This document shows, piece by piece, positions 41,813 to 50,307 of a stretch of 64,000 nt of DNA. The notes below the pieces were generated by a model that was given only the letters and a program-made list of their open reading frames with translations, was not told the DNA's origin and ran no database searches. Numbering within the stretch: position 1 is the stretch's first letter; each line of letters opens with the position of its first letter. The stretch is from Pachysolen tannophilus NRRL Y-2460 (lineage: Eukaryota), in contig KV454012.1 of assembly GCA_001661245.1 (NCBI GenBank), positions 1,136,848-1,200,847 of the forward strand, given 5' to 3'. A program made the translations under genes and the position numbers.

Positions 41813-44785
41813 CTAAACACGAGTATAAAATAAAACATATGCATTTACATTAACGACTTTTTCCTGAAAATCACAATTCTTGTAAACCTTTGTATCATCG
41901 AAGTAACACCATCCATTTACCATTCCACTTTTATTTACTCTGGTCCCTTTATCGACATATGCTGTATAATGACCATTGATCAAGTTACCAAAATGATTGA
42001 CTACTCCGTATAGTTTATAATCAAATGGCGGATTCTGTCCTCTCTTAGGTAACTTTTCCAATAACTTCTTATCTCTTTCACTTTCCACTGAGGGCCAATA
42101 TTTAGTTAATGACAAAAATTGAGTATAATGAACGAATGAATTCAATTTTGAAATATAGTTTCCGAGTTTAAACCTTTTCAAAACAATAATCAAATTCTTT
42201 GGGAGTCTCGAAATTCTCAAGGTCTTTATTGTTTCTTGTTTTTTGTTACAATGTGGACAAAACCATTTGTCATCTCCTTTTAAGATTTCAGAACTACAAA
42301 ATTCATCAAAGCATTTTTCCAAGGAGATTCCTTCCGAAACTTTTGCACGAGGAATAGGTAGACTCAAAGTACTAAAAGAGTTATATGTGGTCGATGTCGA
42401 ATTACAGACAGTACATTGCAATCTCGAAAGATACTGACCTTGAAACAAGTCAACAATGCTGCTGAAATTATTTTCTAGATATCGTTCCCACTCTATGGTT
42501 GACGCTAATCTTATCGACATCTTTTCACGCAGTTCCTCTTCATTTTTGCCTAACTCAGGTAATCTTTCATGATTTCCGTTCTCATTTAGATCTTCATGAA
42601 GTGCATCCAATATGTAATTCAAAAACTCAGAACAGTCTTGCTGCTCTAATGATTTAAAATTAGGGTTCACTGAACCTACAACGTGCTTAAATTGTTTTGG
42701 AATGATGTATTTGACACCTCTAGTCTCTGTTGTCGACTTTAGGTACATTGAATATACAACTTCATAAAAAGCTTTTGCAATGACCCCTTTAGAACCCAAT
42801 TTATTATCAAAATTAATATGTTTTTCATAATTGTCTAATAAGAAAAACTTAACCAAACTTTTTGAACCAATAAGACATTGCAATATACAGTTCATATAAC
42901 AAGTATTTCCCAAATTAGAGATCCCAGTTATTATTTCCAAATTCCTTTCCTCAAATTCTTGGACAGATTGAATATTTTTGTTAGTGATAGAATCAGTTGG
43001 CTTAGCTGAAAAAGAATAACCTTGTTGTGGTTGTGATTGATTATTGAAATTGTTGCTTATCAAAACTGGAGAATTTTTTTTGATCGTAGATTGTGCAATC
43101 ATATCTTTATCACTATTCCAATCATTATTTGAAAATTTAGATGATGATGAAGACGGTACCAAAACTGAATGTGAACCATTCTTCCAAGAGGAATTCAAAA
43201 AATCTGTATAACTTTTATTGTAGATTTGGGAATTTTGCAGCAGAGCTTTTACTTTATCTGAAACGCTATTCCCATTTGTCGAGACCACTCTGGAAGGCGA
43301 GACTGATCGAGATTTATCGAGCACTTCCACCATACCACTTTTTGCAATAACTCCAATATTAGAAGCTATACCTCCGACACCGTATGTTGCTATCCAAGCC
43401 TTTAAACCGCCTTTTAGTAACACTGGATCTTTTTGTAATGGCTTCCCTGAGTTTTTATTAATCAAAATATCAAACAAATTAAAAATTCCAGTTTTGTAAT
43501 TGTTTTCAGTAACAGTTTCAGAATTCCAATCGTAAATCACAATCAATTCAAATAAATTTCGATTTTTGAATAACGTAATTTCATGCTCTGAAGAAGTGGC
43601 CATCGATAAGTTTTCAATATCAAGACAAGAAAAACTCTGACTTACAGTCAGTGGATCAATATGCAACAATTGTGTGCTATTCGAAAAATAAATGTGCTTT
43701 TCATCAAATGCTGCTTTAGACCGATAGTCAATACACAACATAGATTTTGGATTCATGGAAACTAAATCGTTTAGCTCTTTAGGAAGTAGAGTAGAAAATG
43801 ACGAGCTATCACCACCATTTCTTCTTTCAGATGGAAAATTATTCTTCACTATAGGAAAAAGCGATTGTGATGTTGGTGATAAACTTAATCTAGTAGTATT
43901 CAGATGCAAAAATGCCGGTTGTTGTTGATGTTGCTGTTGTTGTGGTGGTAATGGTGGTGATTTACTACCAATGAAATTATTAGCAGTAGGTAACGAACGA
44001 CTGCTATTATTAAAACTTCTTGCGACTGGGCTCCCACTACGTGGTATGGAAATAGCATTTGCGTTATTGTTATTGAAAGTAGGTAACAAAGATGACGCAG
44101 ATGATGTAGACGAAGAAGAAGATTTTGGAGAAGGCAAGTGCGTATAGAACCCAGCCTTACTATCATTATTATGAATATTGTTATTGGGCGTAGCAGAAGA
44201 AAATGATAACGGACCTTTCAACTTCTGAAACCTCGATAACAACTTATCATTTTTATTTTTCAACTCAATATGGTCCATTATCTCTTGGAAATATATTTTA
44301 TCATCCGACAAACATTCAACCAAATGTTTATATAACTTGTTTTCATTTTTGAAAATTTCAAAGTTATCGACCGAAGTCGGTAACAACTGTTCTATAATCA
44401 TTTTGGAAACTGTATAGAACATATATATGGACTCAAAATCTACTTGATCTTCATCATTTTGTTGATTTTGATATATTCTTTCATTCTTTTGTACCAAGTA
44501 TTCATCTATTAATTTCTTAAAATCGTTATAACTTTCTTGTGATTTAGTCAAGTAATATACTGATATATCAGAGAAAAGAGATTTCTCATCTTCATCGTTA
44601 GCGATGGATACAACAAGTTCATTAGCTAACGTGTTCAATTCTGAAATCGATTTAAGCTTTTTCTTAATAGTGGTATTAATGTTTGAGTCAAAATCATTAC
44701 CTACTTTCTCCGTACTAATAATTTTACTTTTATCGTGATCTATCATCGCTGTTATCCTCCCATTGTTGATCGAAGACAATGGCAT
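41813..44785 (-). CDS. DOA4: Rhodanese-domain ubiquitin-specific protease (Doa4/Ubp5 family)
   Basis: Rhodanese-like IDYRSK..FDEKHI..LIVIYD..LLKGGLKAW, Cys box TGISNLGNTCYMNC, QQDCSEF, His box HFGNLINGHYTAY. Position near DOS2/DDI1 supports DOA4/UBP5. Ubp7-like identity is not excluded. Confidence 0.75.
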   Translation of the reverse strand: MPLSSINNGRITAMIDHDKSKIISTEKVGNDFDSNINTTIKKKLKSISELNTLANELVVSIANDEDEKSLFSDISVYYLTKSQESYNDFKKLIDEYLVQKNERIYQNQQNDEDQVDFESIYMFYTVSKMIIEQLLPTSVDNFEIFKNENKLYKHLVECLSDDKIYFQEIMDHIELKNKNDKLLSRFQKLKGPLSFSSATPNNNIHNNDSKAGFYTHLPSPKSSSSSTSSASSLLPTFNNNNANAISIPRSGSPVARSFNNSSRSLPTANNFIGSKSPPLPPQQQQHQQQPAFLHLNTTRLSLSPTSQSLFPIVKNNFPSERRNGGDSSSFSTLLPKELNDLVSMNPKSMLCIDYRSKAAFDEKHIYFSNSTQLLHIDPLTVSQSFSCLDIENLSMATSSEHEITLFKNRNLFELIVIYDWNSETVTENNYKTGIFNLFDILINKNSGKPLQKDPVLLKGGLKAWIATYGVGGIASNIGVIAKSGMVEVLDKSRSVSPSRVVSTNGNSVSDKVKALLQNSQIYNKSYTDFLNSSWKNGSHSVLVPSSSSSKFSNNDWNSDKDMIAQSTIKKNSPVLISNNFNNQSQPQQGYSFSAKPTDSITNKNIQSVQEFEERNLEIITGISNLGNTCYMNCILQCLIGSKSLVKFFLLDNYEKHINFDNKLGSKGVIAKAFYEVVYSMYLKSTTETRGVKYIIPKQFKHVVGSVNPNFKSLEQQDCSEFLNYILDALHEDLNENGNHERLPELGKNEEELREKMSIRLASTIEWERYLENNFSSIVDLFQGQYLSRLQCTVCNSTSTTYNSFSTLSLPIPRAKVSEGISLEKCFDEFCSSEILKGDDKWFCPHCNKKQETIKTLRISRLPKNLIIVLKRFKLGNYISKLNSFVHYTQFLSLTKYWPSVESERDKKLLEKLPKRGQNPPFDYKLYGVVNHFGNLINGHYTAYVDKGTRVNKSGMVNGWCYFDDTKVYKNCDFQEKVVNVNAYVLFYTRV

Positions 44786-45066
44786 CACCAGCTGCTCTAT
44801 ATCTATAGCTTCTATTATATATATATAAGTATTTGTAAATTAATAAAGAAACAACAATATATTATATGAGTTGTACATTTCTCTCTACACAAACAAAAAA
44901 TAAAAAAAAAAAAAAGAAAAAAGATAAGATAAATAAATACAATACAAAGACCAGATTTATGATTTATGATTTATGATATTTGAAAATTATTTAAAAATTA
45001 TTTGAAAATTAATTAATTAATTGATATCTAACTAAGATATGTATTTACAACTATTAAAGGTCTCAC

Positions 45067-46752
45067 CTAGTACATCAGCTTCTTACAATCTTCTCGAGTA
45101 CATGCTAGTACATCTTTTAAGTTCCATCTTGGTTTAATTCCTTTTAAATAATCACCTTTATTTTTTTCACCACCACCAATACCAGTACTAAATTTTAAGA
45201 ATAATCTACTACCAACTTCATCTGTACATTTTAAGACGTAGTCCAAATCATCTTTAGTCAATGCTGCAGATACACAGAACCGTACTCTTGAAGAAGTTAA
45301 TGGAGTTGCTGGGTATCCAACAACGACAACAGCAACTTTTAATGCATACATCATTCTACTAAAAGCCGGCATATTTGGTGGTATATATAACAATAATGGG
45401 ATAACAGGAGAATCATCTGCTCCATATATGATAAAACCCAATCTTTTTAAACCAAGTCTTAAATATCTTGAATTGAAAGCAATTCTTTGAAGTCTTTCTT
45501 TACCTTCATTACCATTCAATTGTCCATCAATTATTTTTAAAGAAGTTATAATTTGTTGCAAAACTGGAGGTGCAACTGATTCACCATGTGTATTTGTTGA
45601 AATATCTATTCTTAATCTAGCAATTATATCTTTATTTGCAGCAACATAACCACCTGTTGCTCCAAAAGATTTTGTAAAAGTACCCATTAAAAGATCAACA
45701 TTAGATGGATCAACATTAAAATAATCACAAACACCTTTACCATTTGGACCCATAGCACCAATAGAATGAGCTTCATCAACAAATAAATAAAATTTATATT
45801 TTTTACGTAATTCCACCAATTTAGGTAAATTACATAAATTTCCTTCCATAGAATAAAGACCTTCTACTGCAACTATTATTTTTGACCAAGGTCTATGACT
45901 TCTTGGTTGACCATTAGAAATTTCTTTTCTTAATAATTTTTCTAATGCTTTCATATCATTATGAGGAAAAATTTTAACAACTGTTCCTGATAATCTAACA
46001 CCAAATCTAATTGATGCATGATTTAATTCATCAGAAATAATAAGACATTTTTTATTTACTAATGAAGTAAATAAATTTGCATTTGTAGAAAATCCCATTG
46101 AAAAAATAACACTATCTTCTTTACCAACAAATTCTGCAACAACTTTTTCACATTTTAAATGTAAATCTGTTGTACCACATATTGTTCTTGGACCACCAGC
46201 AGTTGAACCATATTGTAATAAAGCTTTTGTTGAATTATCTGTACAAATACCACTTGATTGTCCAAACCCTAAATAATTATATGATGATAAATTAAGACAT
46301 TCATCAACAGTACCATTATATTTATATGTATAATTATAATCTAAAGATTCTCTATGGAAACATCTAATAAATCTACCTGGAGCACCACAAATTGGTCTTG
46401 CAAAACAATCATCTAATCTCATTTTTAATCTTCTAGTATAAAAACTTTCAAAACTTGAATACCATGGAGCAAATCCATTATTTTCAACCAATTCTTTAAA
46501 ATATTTTCTTTGAAATTTTTTACCAAAAAAATCTCTAACATGTCCAATTATTATTAAAATTAAATAATTTAAATAAGTAATTATAAGTATATAATATGGC
46601 GGCTCATCATCAAAAGTATCCAACAGAACATCCGGACCATATTTAGCAACACATAAATCTTTTGGAGATGAAAGTTTACCAAACTCTTTTTCCGCTTTTT
46701 CTTCTTTAGAATAATTTTTTATAGGAGCACTAGGAATAGCAGATGAAAACAT
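45067..46752 (-). CDS. LCB2: Serine palmitoyltransferase catalytic subunit
   Basis: CLNLSSYNYLGF, SDELNHASIR, VEGLYSMEG, DEAHSIGA and the PLP lysine motif GTFTKSFG. Confidence 0.96.
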   Translation of the reverse strand: MFSSAIPSAPIKNYSKEEKAEKEFGKLSSPKDLCVAKYGPDVLLDTFDDEPPYYILIITYLNYLILIIIGHVRDFFGKKFQRKYFKELVENNGFAPWYSSFESFYTRRLKMRLDDCFARPICGAPGRFIRCFHRESLDYNYTYKYNGTVDECLNLSSYNYLGFGQSSGICTDNSTKALLQYGSTAGGPRTICGTTDLHLKCEKVVAEFVGKEDSVIFSMGFSTNANLFTSLVNKKCLIISDELNHASIRFGVRLSGTVVKIFPHNDMKALEKLLRKEISNGQPRSHRPWSKIIVAVEGLYSMEGNLCNLPKLVELRKKYKFYLFVDEAHSIGAMGPNGKGVCDYFNVDPSNVDLLMGTFTKSFGATGGYVAANKDIIARLRIDISTNTHGESVAPPVLQQIITSLKIIDGQLNGNEGKERLQRIAFNSRYLRLGLKRLGFIIYGADDSPVIPLLLYIPPNMPAFSRMMYALKVAVVVVGYPATPLTSSRVRFCVSAALTKDDLDYVLKCTDEVGSRLFLKFSTGIGGGEKNKGDYLKGIKPRWNLKDVLACTREDCKKLMY

Positions 46753-46829
46753 TTATACCCAATAAAACCAGAAAATAAAGAAGATTAAAGTAAAGAAGAA
46801 AAAAAAAAAAATTAAAAATTAAAACAAAA

Positions 46830-46860
<31 letters not shown>

Positions 46861-46972
46861 TTCACAACAATAAGCGCTTCAACTTGAAAAATCTATTAAA
46901 CTAAAGAATGGATTAAATCAATATATCAACTATAAACAAAATCTTATTCATATATTATTTTTAATAGTATTA

Positions 46973-47005
<33 letters not shown>

Positions 47006-47335
47006 GTAATTGGAAAGGTGTTTTGGCCTTGATTCCGAGGACGTGTTTCGAAGCCTTTTAAGTAACAAAAAAAAAAAATTAAAAAACAAGGTCGTGTTCT
47101 AATTCCCACGCGTACGGTCAACGAGGCCTCAAAAAAAAAAAACAACAGCCAAGAAAGGCCCGCCCATGACCGTCCGCAGGGTGCAGGCAGCTGGCCGCAG
47201 CAGCCCAAGACTGCTTTCCGAAAGCCGAAAGCCGAAAGTCGTGCTTGGCAGTGGCAGTGGCGGGCCCCGGGGAGCAACAGCTACTGCCGCCGCCCGCCGC
47301 CGCCCGCTAACAATAATGGAATAAAAAAAGTATTA

Positions 47336-48070
47336 TCAAGTTTTTCTCTTCTTTGATTCACTTAAGTTATCATATTCTTGTTTTCTCTTGTATAATTCTT
47401 CTAATTCTGTTTCTCTATTAATTAAACGATTTTTTTCTCTTTGTAATCTCATTAATTCTCTTTTTTTCCATAAATTGTATTCTTCTTCTGGGTTTAAATC
47501 ATCTGTGTCATCAATATCCTCTAAGTACTCTTTATCTTCTAAATTTTGCTGTTGTTGATGTAAAAATTGTTGATTTATAGTTTCTGTAATATTATGTTGA
47601 AGTTTTTGTAAAGTAATTTCCTTTTTCCTATCTGCATCTACTTCCAGTGACAGTATATTCTTTAGCAGTATATTCTGCCTTTCTTTTTTCGAAACGAAAA
47701 CTGGCTTGATTAGTTTCAAATCTTGATCAGAATCTGATTCATCTTCCTCACCACTACTGTTTTCTTCACTACTACTATTTTCCTCACTACTACTTGTATC
47801 TTGTTTCTCTTCAAGCTCATCCTTAATCGGCTCTTGTTCCAGCAGCACTTGTTCCAGCAGCACTTGTTCCAGCAATCCACCTACAGGCTGTGTATCTATT
47901 TTCTTTATAATCAATTTCTTTTCATCTCTTCCATGATCGAATTCTTTTTCTACGAGTTCTTCCTCTTCAAATTCTTCTTCTTCATTTTCTTCTTCAGAAC
48001 TTTCTAAATCTTTATCATCTTCTTCTTGATTTTTACTAGCAAAATACCGAGTCTTGATCTGTCTTGACAT
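47336..48070 (-). CDS. SPP381: MFAP1/Spp381 spliceosomal protein
   Basis: Acidic N-terminus, KPVFVSKKER and DDTDDLNPEEEYNLWKKRELMRLQRE motifs. ATG at 48070. Confidence 0.75.
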   Translation of the reverse strand: MSRQIKTRYFASKNQEEDDKDLESSEEENEEEEFEEEELVEKEFDHGRDEKKLIIKKIDTQPVGGLLEQVLLEQVLLEQEPIKDELEEKQDTSSSEENSSSEENSSGEEDESDSDQDLKLIKPVFVSKKERQNILLKNILSLEVDADRKKEITLQKLQHNITETINQQFLHQQQQNLEDKEYLEDIDDTDDLNPEEEYNLWKKRELMRLQREKNRLINRETELEELYKRKQEYDNLSESKKRKT

Positions 48071-48253
48071 CACAAAAAACAAAAAAAAAAAATTATCCTC
48101 TTCTTCTTCTTCACCTCTCAACACTATCAAGCATCCTCTCTTTACCTTTAGAATACATCTATCAATAATTTCAATCTAATCATCTATCGTTGCTGGTTTT
48201 AAATTGATCTGAGAAAGAAAATTGTGGTCGTGCGCTAAAACACCAAAAAGTTT

Positions 48254-48306
48254 GCTCATCGGAAAAAATAAAAAGAAAAAAAAAAAAAATAAAAAAAAAT
48301 TTTTCA
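48254..48306. promoter_or_regulatory. PAC + RRPE elements upstream of BRX1
   Basis: GCTCATCG at 48254-48261 and AAAATTTTTCA at 48296-48306. Confidence 0.7.
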
Positions 48307-48402
48307 CTTTAATAATAATACTAAAGATATAATTTAAATAGTTGTAATTATTTGATTAAAAGATCAGTGAAGAAATATTAGAGATTTTTTTTTTTAAAGA
48401 GA

Positions 48403-49290
48403 ATGTCAGCTATATATAAGGCTCTTGCCGGGAGATTTAATGGGAATGGAGATTCATCGAAGAAGGAGAAGAAACATATAAATAGACAGAGGGTGCTACT
48501 TATTTCTTCTAGAGGAATAACTTATAGGCATCGTCATCTTATAAATGATTTATATTCATTATTACCACATTCAAGAAAGGAACCAAAATTAGATACTAAA
48601 AAAAGCTTATATGAGTTAAATGAGATTGCTGAATTATACAACTGTAATAATATTATGTATTTTGAATCAAGGAAACATATGGATTTATATTTATGGTTAT
48701 CAAAACCACCAAATGGTCCAACTTTAAAATTTCATTTACAAAATATACATACTACAGATGAATTAAATTTTACTGGGAATTGTCTTAAAGGTTCAAGACC
48801 AATATTATCATTTGATCAAAGTTTTGAAGATGAAGAACATTTAAAATTAGTTAAAGAAATGTTTATTCATTCATTTGGTGTTCCACCAAGAGCAAGAAAA
48901 TCTAAACCTTTTATTGATCATGTAATGTCATTTTCAATATTAGATGGGAAAATTTGGTGTAGAAATTATCAAATAAATGAAACTTTAGAATTAAAAGAAA
49001 ATGAAGATGGTATTAAGACAACAGATGAATTAAAAGAATTATCTTTAGTTGAAATTGGTCCAAGATTAGTATTAACTTTAATTACTATATTAGAAGGTTC
49101 ATTTGGTGGACCAAAAATTTATGAAAATAAAGAATATGTTTCACCAAATTTTGTTAGAGCTCAACAAAAACAAGCTGCTGCTGCAGAAGCAAGAAAAAGA
49201 GCAGATGAATCATTGAAAAGAAAAATTAAAATTAGAGAAAATGTAATCACAGCAGATCCATTAGATAATGCTTTATTATTCCAAGATTGA
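48403..49290 (+). CDS. BRX1: Brix-domain 60S biogenesis factor
   Basis: MSAIYKAL, NRQRVLLISSRGITYRHRHL, ELNFTGNCLKGSRP, KSKPFIDH, LVEIGPR. Confidence 0.96.
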   Translation: MSAIYKALAGRFNGNGDSSKKEKKHINRQRVLLISSRGITYRHRHLINDLYSLLPHSRKEPKLDTKKSLYELNEIAELYNCNNIMYFESRKHMDLYLWLSKPPNGPTLKFHLQNIHTTDELNFTGNCLKGSRPILSFDQSFEDEEHLKLVKEMFIHSFGVPPRARKSKPFIDHVMSFSILDGKIWCRNYQINETLELKENEDGIKTTDELKELSLVEIGPRLVLTLITILEGSFGGPKIYENKEYVSPNFVRAQQKQAAAAEARKRADESLKRKIKIRENVITADPLDNALLFQD

Positions 49291-49664
49291 ATGAAAAATT
49301 TCAAATTTTGTTTTTTAAATACGAATATTGAAATCATTCTATTTATAATTTTATATATAAATAAGTGAATATATATATATATATATATATATTTATTTTA
49401 GTTTTTTTTTTTTTTTTTTTCTTTCTTTAAAAAAACAAAAATACAACTAATTCTAATCTAAAATTCATCAAATAATAATATGATTTTCATTTCCTTTCTG
49501 ACTTTTCCAAAAGAATATTAAAGTACAAAAGTTGAAACTTCTTTTTTTTTTTCTTTCTTTCTTTTTTTTATATGTATATCTTCTCTCCTTTTTCTCTTTT
49601 CATGTAACCATCCTCTGGTATAAATCAATTCATTTATTCAGTCATATCGGTTTTAAATTTTAAT

Positions 49665-50008
49665 TTACTCTGATTTTTCCTTTTTAGCCAAGTACTCTTT
49701 AATAAATTTTTCTTCCTCTGGTGAAGAAGCACCAATTGATGGAGAAGCCAATGTCTTTGAACCCCATGGTTTTGGAATAACGAAAAACAAAACTGTACTT
49801 AAAGTAGCAATAGCCAACTATTCATGAAAAACAAAATATAATTAAATTAAAATCATAAAACAAAAATTAGTAAACTCAATTCCTCATCAAAGAAAAAAAA
49901 AATCTTTCTCTATTTTCCTTTTCAATCTTTATTTATTAACACACTAAAAATACATACCTGATGCGGTTGAACAGATCTTCCTAATATTTGATAAGCTGGA
50001 CCACTCAT
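49665..50008 (-). CDS. ATP19: Mitochondrial ATP synthase subunit k, 2 exons: 50008-49958 and 49817-49665
   Basis: GTATGT donor at 49957, TACTAAT branch, TAG acceptor ending 49818. Product MSGPAYQILGRSVQPHQLAIATLS..PKPW..EEEKFIKEYLAK, 67 aa. Sits between BRX1 and AVO1 as recalled for S. cerevisiae. Absent from the ORF track. Confidence 0.9.
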
Positions 50009-50307
50009 TTTCTTATAAAAATTCAAATGATTTAATTCTTTTTTTCCTAAAGAAAAATTATTATAATTATTAAATTTATATTATAATTATTGATTTGATA
50101 TTAAATTTGAATTTTGTTATATTTTGTTTTGTTCATTAAAATTTCCGTTTTTTTCATTTTTAATTGGCTGCTCGAAAAACAAAAAAAAAAATACGTTTTT
50201 TGGTGCACTACTTTATAAAAGTATTAATTAAATTATTAACAAAATTTAAAAAGATATAACAAAGGACCAAAAAGAAGAAGAAGAAGAAGAAGAAGAAGAA
50301 GAAGGTT

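Noticed and set aside
46948..47277. 109-aa minus-strand ORF over the GC island
   Set aside because: Non-ATG start, with poly-Phe/Ile produced by microsatellites; not protein-like.
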